From Macrostomum hystrix (lineage: Eukaryota; Animalia; Platyhelminthes), in the NCBI GenBank assembly GCA_950097015.1, contig CATNEN010000001.1, forward strand, positions 18,352,001 to 18,416,000: 64,000 nucleotides of DNA, in the 5' to 3' direction. The stretch's first letter is position 1. Each line of letters begins with the position of its first letter. Below, in pieces: positions 48,701 through 63,700 of this stretch. The notes beneath the pieces are model-generated. The model made no database searches, was not told where the DNA came from, and saw only the letters and a list, made by a program, of their open reading frames with translations. The position numbers were made by a program, and so were the translations under genes.

Positions 48701-51700
48701 TTGAGTAGAGGAGACTGAGTAGAGTAGATTGAGTAGAGGAGATTGAGTAGAGTAGATTGAGTAGGGGAGATTGAGTAGGGAAGATTGAGTAGGGAAGATT
48801 ATGTAGAGGAGATTGAGTAGAGATTGAGTAGAGGAGATTGAGTAGAGGAGATTGAGTAGAGGAGACTGAGTAGAGTAGATTGAGTAGAGGAGATTGAGTA
48901 GGGAAGATTATGTAGAGGAGATTATGTAGAGGAGATTGAGTAGAGGAGATTGAGTAGGGTGTTGTGAGTAGGGGAGATTGAGTAGGGGAGATTGAGCAGG
49001 GGAGATCGAGAATGCGAGAATGAGTACGGGATAGTTTGTTTGAGGAGATTCGCTAAGGCAGACTGAGTAAGGCAGATTGAGTAGGTCAGATTGAGTTCAG
49101 TAGATTTTTTAAGTTCCGCCAGCTCAACTAACCAGCCGCCATATCGCACCGAATCGTAGCCCAATCCTGTCCGGCGCTGAAGTCTTGGAGCGAGTGCAGC
49201 AGCGTGTGCCCAACCACCTGCTCAAACTATGATCAATTGCGCTCTGCAGAATGCGAATCGGCCACAGTGCCCAGGTGCAAATGCCAGCCAGGATATGTGC
49301 ACTACAACAACACCTGCGTGCGACCCAACGAGTGCCCGTGCACTTACAACGGCGTCGAGTACATGCCAGGAAGCAATTTGGTGGCTGACTGCAGCACATG
49401 GTGAGGATCAGATCTAATTGTGATCTGGTTGGGATCAGATGACGCTAGCTTTTTATCTAACCTTAAACATTTCATTCTTTAAAATCCATCGCGGTCCATC
49501 GAAGTCCATGAGTTCGAATCCGCATTCATGAGGGCCGTGAGGGCCAACCTGATAATTTCCTTCTTTCTCTTTTAGGAATTTATCACTTCCAGCAACTGCT
49601 GGGTGCCCCAGTAATGAATACTAATTTAGCAGAAGTGTTAGATCTTACCTTCTTTGGTTTAGGCTTGATGGGCTTGGCTTCTGGTTGCCCTTCAGGTACC
49701 TGGATCGCTTGACTACAAGAGAATTTAATTTATTCTCTTTGTTTCAGTTGCAGTTACAATGGACCAATAGTAATTCGGTGTAGTGTCTTCCTGGTTCCGA
49801 TTTGCCGTTGATGTCGGTTAACCAATAGTCACTTGTGGAGTGGAGTGTGTTCCTTCTTACCAGCTCTGGTAGGTTCTACCACAAGTCTGGCGCTCACCCT
49901 TTGTAGTATAATCAATTTAATCACACGTCTGTGATTACGCTTTAATCGTTGGTTTAACGATTACTTGGAGAGGTTTAACTTAGCTCAAGAAAAGCCTTCT
50001 AATTAATAAAATAATTTATGAGGATAACTCAAGAAACTCTTACCACAAGTCTTGGACCTGGAGTCCGATCCACTTCAAATTCCTCTCTCCGTTTTCTCTT
50101 CTCGGCGAGACTCTGAATCTGGGCTCGCTTCGGAGCTCTTGTATTTATAGAGAATCGGACCCTCTCGGGTTCGATGAGTGCGTTCAAAGTACAGGTGTCA
50201 AACTGGTGTCAAAAAGCCTGGGTCAACGCTTGACAACTTGAGAGGTTAGACTTTTTTACAACTAAACTAGTAGAAGCGCAAAAAGATGGATTATCGCTTT
50301 CTTGACCTTTTGATTGATTTTGGGTAACATGATTGGTGGGATCGTTGGTTGCCTATGACATAAAAATTGATTTGATACTATTAATACTATTAATAGTAGT
50401 CACGTGATTTTTGATTGATTCGTTTCTCCTCTTTTGGTAAAATGAATCACATGCTGTACTTGTATGTTTTCTGGTTCGCATTTTCTAAAAATACTACTAA
50501 GCGGATGAGTAGAGTAGATAGCGCATGATTGGTTAAAATAAATAGTACCGTAATTCTGCATTCTACAAACCCCAAAGCAAAGTGAATGTGGTCCCAGGGA
50601 CTACTAGGAGTAAAAGGGCGGGAAATAACATTTCTTAGAAAAAGTTAAGGAGGCAGGTTTTCGCAGACAAATCCGACACATTCTGGGATAGTCAATTTGA
50701 CATTCTTTGGTATTTTAATGCTTTAAAAATATTAACCTATAATAAGCTATAAACAAGGAAACTAGCTCGTAACATCAAAAGTTTAGTCTTATAATCAAAC
50801 ACAGTCCCTTGATTTGTGAAGGAAAATTAAAAAACGTTGTTTCCCCTCCATCTACTTCCAGTGGTCATTAGTGCTCACGGGTGTGTGCTCGAGTGTGCAG
50901 TGCTTGAAAGCTGTAATTAATAAATTATTTCAACTCCACCGCCCGATTCAGCAACTGCGCCAACGGTCGCTGGCAGTGCACCCACAACACGAACTGCCCG
51001 AAGGTGTGCTCCGTCGCGGGCAGTCACATTTCTACTTTCGATGGCGCCAGAGCAGACTTCAATCCGGGCGACTGCGCCTACTCGCTGTTGGAGCCCCGCA
51101 GCTCAACAGGCGACGCCCGGGCGAATATTTCTGTCAGCATGCAGCCGAGCCCGGAGTACCTGCTGGCGGTTACAACCAACGGCCAGTACGCCAACCTGCC
51201 GAAGCTCATCACCGTGACTTATCGGGGCGTTAAAGTTCAATTGAAATCCGTCACCCTGGTGCCAGGCGTTCGCCCATCAGTGCTGGTTGATGGTCTCGAT
51301 GTTACCAACTCCCTGCCGTACGAGAACCCACGAGACCAGATCTTGGTCCGTCAGCTCACCTCCTACTATGTCATGCTGCAGCTTGGCAATCACCTTTCTT
51401 TGTACTTCGATGGTTATCGATCCGTCGAGCTAAAAGCATCTAAGGCTCTCAATAATCAGGTGAGAACTAATGAAAGAAGCTTGATATTCAGATTCACATC
51501 ATATATATATTAAGTTAGCATCAATGATAAGCGGCCGGTTGGAATTCAAAATTCATCCAAAAGTCCTTAACAGCCTAGCTGAGAACAAGAGGGCCTAATG
51601 TGTCTATCCGGAGAGTGAGTGGCATAGCGGTCTAACGCGTTTGCCTCTCGCACCAAGGTCCCTGAGCTCGATTCCGCGGCGAGGCCACATTCATTTGGCC

Positions 51701-54700
51701 CCCTAAAGTCAGCCCTTGCGGACTAACCTCCAAGGCACAGTGAAATTGCACACTGCCTGACGATGAGAAAGTCCGGGCAGATGTACACACCTGTGTGAGC
51801 CTGTGCCTGCGTACAGTAACTGGCTGATGTTGTGCTCAGGAGTCAGCGAAATGAGCAGAATTGCCTCCTCGCTGGCTGCGGGTCTAGTGTCACCAAATGA
51901 TATGCCATTGCCCGCAGCCCTCCTGTAATTATTATTATTATCATTATTGTTATTATCATTATTATTAATGTGCCAAAAATTTCTCGTAACAGATTCGCGG
52001 ATTGTGCGGCAATTTCGACGGACGAACCGAGAACGACCTGCACCCGAAGGCGTCGGACATGCTTGGCTCGCCTGTGCAGGTGGCGCAGTCCTACACCGTC
52101 GGCTCTTGCAGCCATCCGGCAGCTGAACTGCCCGCAGCTGGAAGTGGCAGCGATTCGGTGAGTCAATTTCTGCAGAATACTTTCTTGGATTGATTTCTCT
52201 GCTCGCAGATTAGCTAACCAACTCACGCCTGTACCCTTCAGCTTGGTGGCACTGACGACTGCACCCAGGTGCTGCTGAACAGCGTCTCTTTCAAAGCCTG
52301 TCGAGACTCTAAAAAAGTCGACATCCTTGGCTACTATTACCGCTTCTGCCTGAAAGAGAAAGCGGCAGGTGCTATTTCAAACTCAGGCGAGCTGTACTGC
52401 ACAGCTGCCATGACTGCGGCCAGGGCCTGCAAGGCTGCCGGGTATGAGATCGACTTCAGCACAGACAGCTCCCTGAACAAGTGCGGTGAGTGCCAGCTAG
52501 AGCTAGAGTTGGAACTGGCAGACCTACCGAACAGACAAACACTTGGAATAAACATACACAGAACTGATAGTGACAGACACTCAGAACTGACAGACACACA
52601 GAACTGACAGACACACAGAACTGACAGACACACAGAACTGACAGACACACAGAACAGACAGACACTAAGAACTGACAGACTCACAGAACAGACAGACACC
52701 CAGGACCCAGACACATGCATTCACAGTTAGGAAATCTGTGCTCAAACAGTCGAACAAACCGTTGATCTTTCCTCTCGCAGCTCCGTCCTGCATGACCGGT
52801 GGCGGCTCCTTCACAATCTGCGCTCGCACCTGCCGCTCGTCTTGCGCCGATCTGAGCACCACCAGCATCTGCGAGTCCGGCTGTTTCCCCGGCTGCGACT
52901 GTCAGTTCGACACGCAGTACCGCGACGCCTATGGCACCTGCGTGCGCCAGTCCGAGTGCACCTGCCGGGATCGATTCAATCAGGACGGCAAAATCTATCG
53001 CGCCGGCGCCCAGATCAGCCGGCAGTGCACGAACTGCACCTGCTCGAATGGAGACTTCAAATGCGATGATGCAACCTGCTCGGACAAGGTGGTTTGTCCT
53101 AAGAACCAGCAGTTCATGGACAGCGTATCGGCCTGTCAGAGGTGCGACAATTTCGACAAGTGCACAGCCAGTAACACCCTGCCTGGCAGGTGCGGCTGCC
53201 CGGGTGATCTGGTGAAGAAAGTCGATGTGAGTCGCCTGGCCACGTCTGTCAGATTGACGCGATAAATAATGATTCACTGTTGATTATTTAAAGCATCTAA
53301 ACGATTTCCCAAATCAACCCAATTAGGGCACCTGTGTTGAACGGAACCATTGTCCGTGCGTCTACCTGGGCACCGAGTACCTTCCCGGGCACATTCTCAA
53401 AATCGGCTGCAAATCCTACAAATGCGTCTCCAGAATTTGGAATAAAACTGCTGAGGACACTGAAAAATGCGAGGGTGAGTGATGCAAAAGTTAGTGCTGC
53501 CCTCAGGTGTGGCAAGCTCTCCGATAGCAGTGAATTAATCGCACAATTTTTGCATCCCTTGCAGCTGTGTGCTCAGCCTATGGCGATCCGCACTACACGA
53601 CCTTCGATCGGAGGTCCTACTCATTCCAGGGCAGCTGCCAGTACATCCTCATGCAGTCGGACAAGGACGACGCCCTCGGCCTACCGGCCATTCAGGTCTC
53701 GGCGCAGAACATTCCCTGCGGCTCGCAGCAGGTCACCTGCACTAAATTTGTCCGTGTCCAAGTCGGCTTCGATGTGTACGTGCTGGTGCGCGGTCGTGAG
53801 CCCGACCAGCTGCCACTGACCATGAGCTACGGAATGCAGCGAGAGAAATTCACCCTCTTCACCCAGCTCGTGTCTGACCAGCTCGGCCTGAGAATCCTGT
53901 GGGACCGCGGCACCCGCGTGCACGTGTTCCTGAAGCCGCACTTCAGCGGCAAGGTAAGCGGCCTGTGCGGCAACTACGATGGAAACGCTGACAACGACTT
54001 CACAGTCCGGAATCTGCCAGTGAACAATCCTATTGAGTTTGCGTCCAATTATCGCACGGGCGGAGACACCTGCGCATCGGAGCAGTCCGGCTCCACGCCT
54101 CAGAGCTGGATTGAGATGTGCACTATTAACAGTCGCCGGAGAGACTACGCGCAGTCTGTCTGCGGCGCGATCAAAGACAAAAAGGGTGTCTTCGCGGTTT
54201 GTCAACAAGTGCTGGAGCAGGATGTTATTGAGAACTACTTCGAGAACTGCATGTACGATGCCTGCGGCTGCGATACTGGTGGCGACTGTCAGTGCGTTTG
54301 CACCGTGTTGGCTTCATTCGCTTCGGCCTGCGCTGACAATGGCGTCTCTGTGCACTGGCGCTTTCAGGATCAGTGTCGTGAGTACTAGCTCAGAGCTGAG
54401 CTCAGTCACACATTTTCCTTAACACCCCCAAAAGAGCTTTCACTATTCCGAAATTTCACATAGAAGTGTCCATGAATGGAGAACGCAAGGAGCTTGGACG
54501 GCGGTTTTGAAAGTTTGTGATGGAAGGAAGAAAGTAACTTAGAACAGCTTGGCATCTGTGAAGATTCTGGCTCGTAATACGACTCCCGTCAACCTAGAAA
54601 TTAAGATTTTTGTTGCAAATTAGAAGGAATCAAATTAGAGGCAGAAACAAAAGCTTTAACAATAAACAACAGTATTTTTCTCTCTGTAACCACCAATCTC

Positions 54701-57700
54701 ACCTCTGTAGTGTCTCATCTCTCTCATGTCTCATCTCTCCCATGTCTCATCTCTCTCATGTCTTATCTCTCGCCTGTCCTGTCTCTCCCTTGTCAATGCG
54801 GCCCACTATTGTCTTTTGGATTCTCTATGGCTCGCGAGGCTGTCGAACCTTTCCGCTAAGTCAAGCAGGTCCGCAGACTTCAAGAGTTCACGATGATGCG
54901 GATAAAAATTGCTTTGGCAAAATGCTGATACTATCGCATTGCAATATGTCTTTAAAACCAAACGCCAAAACTCACATCAACCTCATCCAGCGGTCATGTG
55001 CCCTGGCGGTCGAATCTATCGGACCTGCATCCCGCCATGCAAGAAGACCTGCAGAAATATCGGCCAGGAGCCTGCGCCGCACTGCACAACAGGCCAGTGC
55101 ATCGAAGGCTGCGAGTGTCCAGCTGGATTCGTTGAACATGGCGACGAGTGCATCCCCAACCGGGACTGTCCGTGCTTTCACAACGGCAAGGAGTATCCAA
55201 GTGGCTCAGTGATTCACGATGTTGCCAATTGTTCAGTGTGCACCTGCCAGAGTGAGGGCCGGCTGAGCTGCACTCCAGACGATTCGGTGTGCCATCCCAC
55301 CAAGCCGCCTTGCACCCAGCAGCAGTACGCGTGCAATGGGACTGGCATTTGCATTAGCTATGACAAGTTCTGCGACGGTACGATCGACTGCCTGTATGGA
55401 GAGGACGAGCATAACTGCAGTGAGTTTTTTATTTTGAAGTGTTTCCAACGGGGTGTCTTTTAGATGAAAATCTGCCTCAAAACTAGTATTCGACGCTACT
55501 ATCTGCGAGTAGAAAGAAAGCGACTCGCTCACCGTTTTATTGCCCAAGTTAATAAACGATTCGCATAGCTTTGAAGCTTCAATGATAAACTTACCACAGT
55601 CACGCAGGCCATTTGTTTGCCAGCCTTTGATAGTTCACAGTGCACGCTTTCAGAGTCCTATAAGTAGCTTACTTCAAAAAGTACTTAAGTAGTGGTTGTC
55701 GCCTGGTGTTAGAGAATCAGACTCTCTACTTGAAGATCGGGATTCGATTTCATACTCCACGACTTGCCGAATCATGGATCAACTTCTGTCTGCATTGCTT
55801 CAGTTCATCCAGCTGTTATGAACGAGGTAGTTAAGAGCGGATCTGCTGCCACTGCAGTCCATGCACGCACGGAAAAGACGTACTCAGCCTCTGAGCAAGA
55901 CTCGCAATGAATAAAAAAAGCAGCCAATCAACAATGCCTCCTTCCAATAATGCCAAAAGCAGCAGTACTCAATTTTAACCTTATACAAAACGTTTCAGAC
56001 ACCACTTGTTCGCCATCGTCTTTTCCTTGCATCACAACCCGTCAGTGCATTGCCATTTCCCAGAAGTGCGATGGCATTCCACAATGCACAGACGGCTCCG
56101 ATGAATTATTCTGCGGTGAGTTCACGTTCTGTAAATAGTTTTGATATACCACCAATTCTTAAGCAAAAACGGTGTACATAATGTTCGAAAATTAGACAAT
56201 GTAGATTTCAACAATAGCTCGAAAAACAATTTGAAACAATTTAGGAGGCTGCAATCCAGCTGAATTCCAGTGTAACGTAACCGGCAAGTGTTTGCCGAAG
56301 GACAAGCTGTGCGACGGCACTTACGACTGCGGCATGCCAGACAGATCCGATGAGGCCAACTGCACTAGTGAGTTTCAAGGAAACATTTCTTGATTTGCTT
56401 GATGTTAAAACAAAAAATTCCTTCTGGTTTAAAAAGACGAAATAATAAAGTATAAAGGATAAGAAAACTACCCTAGTATCTTATCACAAATAAGCAACAA
56501 CAACAATACGCTGTCGAGATAGAAAAAGGCAGGGTTGTAGGACGCACTACATTCGCGTGTTATGACGAATATAAGCCGCCCATATTTCAAACAAACATTT
56601 AATAAAATTATTTTTAAATCGCCAATTCAGGAGAGTGTTGACGCGTTTGCCTCTCGCACTAAAGTCCCTGTGCTCGGTTCCGCGGCGTGGCCACATTTAT
56701 TTGGGGCGCGGCCGCGGAGAGAAGGCTTGGGGGCTTGTCGGCAATTTACGCCCTTGAGGGCCAACCTCCAAGCACAGCGAAGTGTACACTGCCTGATGAT
56801 GAGAAAGTCAGGGCAGATGTACACACCTGTGTGAGTGTGTGCCTGCGTACAGTATCAGTATGCGTGTGTGCTCAGGAGTCAGGGAAATGGGCAGAATTGC
56901 CTCCTGGCTGCGGGTCTAGTGTCACCAAATAATGTGCCATTGCCCGCAGCCCACATGCAATAATAATAATTATTATAATTAACTTGCCGACTCAGCAATT
57001 ATCAGTGCACGCACATCGAACTTTGATTCTGCAGAATGCAACACGACATTAGAGTTTATGTGCGACTCCCCAGGACAGCCGAAAAAGTGCCTGCCACGGA
57101 CGAAGCGCTGCGATGGGCACGACGATTGTGGCGATGGAAGCGACGAATACGGATGCGGCAAGTAGCCTTTTTCTGCTAAAAAATAACACGAAATTAAACG
57201 AAATAGCAAAAACGTATTTTTTTTAATAATTTTTTCTTTAAATCATAAAACAAATACAGAATGCCTATGCATGGAACCTAACACAGTGCTCTGCGATAGG
57301 TGCAAGTGTATTAAAACGACACAAATTTGTGACGGCAAAAATGACTGTCAAGTAAGTCCTCATTACATATAAAAATGACGAAACAGACGAGCACAAACTC
57401 ACCAGTTGACAATGCATTCCATACGAAAAATTCAAAACTGCCTTTCAAAAATGATAGGATGGAACCGATGAACAAGACTGTCCAACAACGACGACTTCAA
57501 CCAGCACGAGTACTACTCCGACAACGACTACGTCAAGCACGACAGCTGTCGCCACGACTACTGAAGTTGTGCTCGGAAAGTCGACAACTAGCATAGCGCG
57601 TTGCCTAGAGACCAATTTCATGGCTGACAGCAGTGTAATCAGTCTGAGCGACATTTCAGTGAGCGCTTCCACACAGGGCATTGGTCTGATTCCGACTTCC

Positions 57701-60700
57701 GAATACGACCTGCTTCGTCCGACCAGCACTGGACTGAATATTAACCGAGTCGCGACGCCGTCTTCAGCGACAGAAAGCATCCAGTTTGATTTCAATGTGA
57801 GCAACGACGATCTCAGCAACTCTATTATTGGCCTGCTGTCCATCTCAACGACCAGTCCTGGATTCATTTCGTCGATTGAGTTAAAGTCTGCCCCAGACGC
57901 TGTGTCTCCATTCACATCGGTCAAGCTGGCCGTGGGCGCCGCAGATGTGGCCAACTGCATGTTTGATTTCATCTCGTGCGCCTCTGTGAGCGGATTAGGT
58001 CTCCAGGCGTATCGAATCGCTCTAGTGTTCAACTTTACAAACACAGGCGGCAACCAGATCCCGATTCAAATCAACATGCTTGGCTGCTTCAACAAGCTCA
58101 CAACATCATCAAGTACTACAACAACAACACCGACGACGACTACAACACCAACTACGACGACTGGAACAACGACAACTACGGCAACAACGACACCTCCCGG
58201 CATTTGCATTGATGTCGACGGTCTTGCTGACGAGACCGTTATTCCCTTGTCGGAAATTAGCATTATCAATGGAACTCAGCTCGGCGGATATAACGCTTCA
58301 GAGCTCAACTACTTGCGTCTATCCTCGCCAGTGCCATTCAACCTCAACAGACCAACACCTTCTTCGTTTGCAAATCCTAACGAAAGCATCCTGATTGAAG
58401 TCAAGACTTCGGCTGGAAGTCCAGTAGCAACAATTGTCGGAAGGATCCAGCTCGAATTCAACACCCCCGACATTCAAGCTGTGCGGCTCTACAATAAGCA
58501 GACTAACACACAAGTCACTTGGGACACCTACTTCTTCTCTGGTGCAAACCTGACTACGTGCAAGTCAAACCTGCTGGCCTGCATTCCGCCCACACCGTCG
58601 ACCATTAACTCGACCGTAATGCGCTTCGAAATTTTCTACAACTCCGTCACGGATCGTAACTCAGTCGACATTCAAATTGGCATATACGGTTGCTTCCCAA
58701 CGAAAACGACCCAGTCAACAACCACGACTTCGCCAACAACGACAACAACACCAACTACAACTACAACTACAACACCTACGACTACATCACCGTCAACTAC
58801 AACACCGTCGACTACAAGAACAACAACACCTTTGACTACAAGCACTACAACCCCTTCGACTACAACCACCACAACAGCTTCGACTACAAGAACAACAACA
58901 CCTTTGACTACAAGCACAACAACACCGTCAACTACAACCACCACAACCCCATCAACAACTACAACAACGCCACCGACAACTACAACAACGACCTCTCCCA
59001 CAACGACTACGACGACGACACCAACGACTACAACCACGCCGTCGACCACTACAACAGCTTCAACAACAACACCGTCGACTACAAGCACTACAACCCCTTC
59101 GACTACAACCACCACAACAGCTTCGTCTACAAGAACAACAACAGCTTTGACTACAAGCACTACAACTCCTTCGACTACAAGCACAACAACACCTTCGACT
59201 ACAAGCACAACAACACCAACAACAACTACGAGTACGACCACTCCCACAACGACTACGACGACGACACCAACGACTACAACCACGCCAACGACCACTACCA
59301 CAGCTTCAACAACAACACCGTCGACTACAAGCACTACAACCCCTTCGACTACAACCACCACAACAGCTTCGACTACAAGCACAACAGCAACGTCAACTAC
59401 AACCACCACAACACCAACAACAACTACTACAACGACACCGACAACTACAACTACGACCACTCCCACAACGACTACTACGACGACACCAACGACAACAACC
59501 ACGCCGTCGACCACTACCACAGCTTCAACAACAACACCATCGACTACAAGCACCACAACACCGTTAACTACTACCACTACGACAGCTTCTACTACAAGCA
59601 CAACAACACCTTCAACTACAACCACCACAACACCAACAGCAACTACTACAACGACACCGACAACTACAACTACGACCACTCCCACAACGACTACGACGAC
59701 GACACCAACGACAACGACCACGCCAACGACCACTACCACAGCTTCAACAACAACACCGACAAGCACAACTACCACACCGACAACAACGACGACTCCGACA
59801 ACGACGACTTCAACAAGCACGAGTACTACTCCGACAACAACTACGTCAAGCACGACAGCTGTCGCCACGACTACTGAAGTTGTGCTCGGAAAGTCGACAA
59901 CTAGCATAGCGCGTTGCCTAGAGACCAATTTCATGGCTGACAGCAGTGTAATCAGTCTGAGCGACATTTCAGTGAGCGCTTCCACACAGGGCATTGGTCT
60001 GATTCCGACTTCCGAATACGACCTGCTTCGTCCGACCAGCACTGGACTGAATATTAACCGAGTCGCGACGCCGTCTTCAGCGACAGAAAGCATCCAGTTT
60101 GATTTCAATGTGAGCAACGACGATCTCAGCAACTCTATTATTGGCCTGCTGTCCATCTCAACGACCAGTCCTGGATTCATTTCGTCGATTGAGTTAAAGT
60201 CTGCCCCAGACGCTGTGTCTCCATTCACATCGGTCAAGCTGGCCGTGGGCGCCGCAGATGTGGCCAACTGCATGTTTGATTTCATCTCGTGCGCCTCTGT
60301 GAGCGGATTAGGTCTCCAGGCGTATCGAATCGCTCTAGTGTTCAACTTTACAAACACAGGCGGCAACCAGATCCCGATTCAAATCAACATGCTTGGCTGC
60401 TTCAACAAGCTCACAACATCATCAAGTACTACAACAACAACACCGACGACGACTACAACACCAACTACGACGACTGGAACAACGACAACTACGGCAACAA
60501 CGACACCTCCCGGCATTTGCATTGATGTCGACGGTCTTGCTGACGAGACCGTTATTCCCTTGTCGGAAATTAGCATTATCAATGGAACTCAGCTCGGCGG
60601 ATATAACGCTTCAGAGCTCAACTACTTGCGTCTATCCTCGCCAGTGCCATTCAACCTCAACAGACCAACACCTTCTTCGTTTGCAAATCCTAACGAAAGC

Positions 60701-63700
60701 ATCCTGATTGAAGTCAAGACTTCGGCTGGAAGTCCAGTAGCAACAATTGTCGGAAGGATCCAGCTCGAATTCAACACCCCCGACATTCAAGCTGTGCGGC
60801 TCTACAATAAGCAGACTAACACACAAGTCACTTGGGACACCTACTTCTTCTCTGGTGCAAACCTGACTACGTGCAAGTCAAACCTGCTGGCCTGCATTCC
60901 GCCCACACCGTCGACCATTAACTCGACCGTAATGCGCTTCGAAATTTTCTACAACTCCGTCACGGATCGTAACTCAGTCGACATTCAAATTGGCATATAC
61001 GGTTGCTTCCCAACGAAAACGACCCAGTCAACAACCACGACTTCGCCAACAACGACAACAACACCAACTACAACTACAACTACAACACCTACGACTACAT
61101 CACCGTCAACTACAACACCGTCGACTACAAGAACAACAACACCTTTGACTACAAGCACTACAACCCCTTCGACTACAACCACCACAACAGCTTCGACTAC
61201 AAGAACAACAACACCTTTGACTACAAGCACAACAACACCGTCAACTACAACCACCACAACCCCATCAACAACTACAACAACGCCACCGACAACTACAACA
61301 ACGACCTCTCCCACAACGACTACGACGACGACACCAACGACTACAACCACGCCGTCGACCACTACAACAGCTTCAACAACAACACCGTCGACTACAAGCA
61401 CTACAACCCCTTGGACTACAACCACCACCACAGCTTCGACTACAAGAACAACACCACCTTTGACTACAAGCACAACAACACCGTACTCTACAACCAGCAC
61501 AACCCCTTCAACAACTACAACAACTCCACCGACAACTACAACAACGACCTCTCCCACAACGACTACGACGACGACACCAACGACTACAACCACGCCGTCA
61601 ACCACTACCACAGCTTCAACAACAACACCGTCGACTACAAGCACTACAACCCCTTCGACTACAACCACCACAACAGCTTCGTCTACAAGAACAACAACAG
61701 CTTTGACTACAAGCACTACAACTCCTTCGACTACAAGCACAACAACACCTTCGACTACAAGCACAACAACACCAACAACAACTACGAGTACGACCACTCC
61801 CACAACGACTACGACGACGACACCAACGACTACAACCACGCCAACGACCACTACCACAGCTTCAACAACAACACCGTCGACTACAAGCACTACAACCCCT
61901 TCGACTACAACCACCACAACAGCTTCGACTACAAGCACAACAGCAACGTCAACTACAACCACCACAACACCAACAACAACTACTACAACGACACCGACAA
62001 CTACAACTACGACCACTCCCACAACGACTACTACGACGACACCAACGACAACAACCACGCCGTCGACCACTACCACAGCTTCAACAACAACACCATCGAC
62101 TACAAGCACCACAACACCGTTAACTACTACCACTACGACAGCTTCTACTACAAGCACAACAACACCTTCAACTACAACCACCACAACACCAACAGCAACT
62201 ACTACAACGACACCGACAACTACAACTACGACCACTCCCACAACGACTACTACGACGACACCAAAGACAACGACCACGCCAACGACTACTACCACAGCTT
62301 CAACGACAACACCGACAAGCACAACTACCACACCGACAACAACGACGACTCCGACAACGACGACTTCAACAAGCACGAGTACTACTCCGACAACGACTAC
62401 GTCAAGCACGACAACTAGCGCCACGACTACTGAAGTTGTGCTCGGAAAGTCGACAACTAGCATAGCGCGTTGCCTAGAGACCAATTTCATGGCTGACAGC
62501 AGTGTAATCAGTCTGAGCGACATTTCAGTGAGCGCTTCCACACAGGGCATTGGTCTGATTCCGACTTCCGAATACGACCTGCTTCGTCCGACCAGCACTG
62601 GACTGAATATTAACCGAGTCGCGACGCCGTCTTCAGCGACAGAAAGCATCCAGTTTGATTTCAATGTGAGCAACGACGATCTCAGCAACTCTATTATTGG
62701 CCTGCTGTCCATCTCAACGACCAGTCCTGGATTCATTTCGTCGATTGAGTTAAAGTCTGCCCCAGACGCTGTGTCTCCATTCACATCGGTCAAGCTGGCC
62801 GTGGGCGCCGCAGATGTGGCCAACTGCATGTTTGATTTCATCTCGTGCGCCTCTGTGAGCGGATTAGGTCTCCAGGCGTATCGAATCGCTCTAGTGTTCA
62901 ACTTTACAAACACAGGCGGCAACCAGATCCCGATTCAAATCAACATGCTTGGCTGCTTCAACAAGCTCACAACATCATCAAGTACTACAACAACAACACC
63001 GACGACGACTACAACACCAACTACGACGACTGGAACAACGACAACTACGGCAACAACGACACCTCCCGGCATTTGCATTGATGTCGACGGTCTTGCTGAC
63101 GAGACCGTTATTCCCTTGTCGGAAATTAGCATTATCAATGGAACTCAGCTCGGCGGATATAACGCTTCAGAGCTCAACTACTTGCGTCTATCCTCGCCAG
63201 TGCCATTCAACCTCAACAGACCAACACCTTCTTCGTTTGCAAATCCTAACGAAAGCATCCTGATTGAAGTCAAGACTTCGGCTGGAAGTCCAGTAGCAAC
63301 AATTGTCGGAAGGATCCAGCTCGAATTCAACACCCCCGACATTCAAGCTGTGCGGCTCTACAATAAGCAGACTAACACACAAGTCACTTGGGACACCTAC
63401 TTCTTCTCTGGTGCAAACCTGACTACGTGCAAGTCAAACCTGCTGGCCTGCATTCCGCCCACACCGTCGACCATTAACTCGACCGTAATGCGCTTCGAAA
63501 TTTTCTACAACTCCGTCACGGATCGTAACTCAGTCGACATTCAAATTGGCATATACGGTTGCTTCCCAACGAAAACGACCCAGTCAACAACCACGACTTC
63601 GCCAACAACGACAACAACACCAACTACAACTACAACTACAACACCTACGACTACAACACCGTCAACTACAACACCGTCGACTACAAGAACAACAACACCT

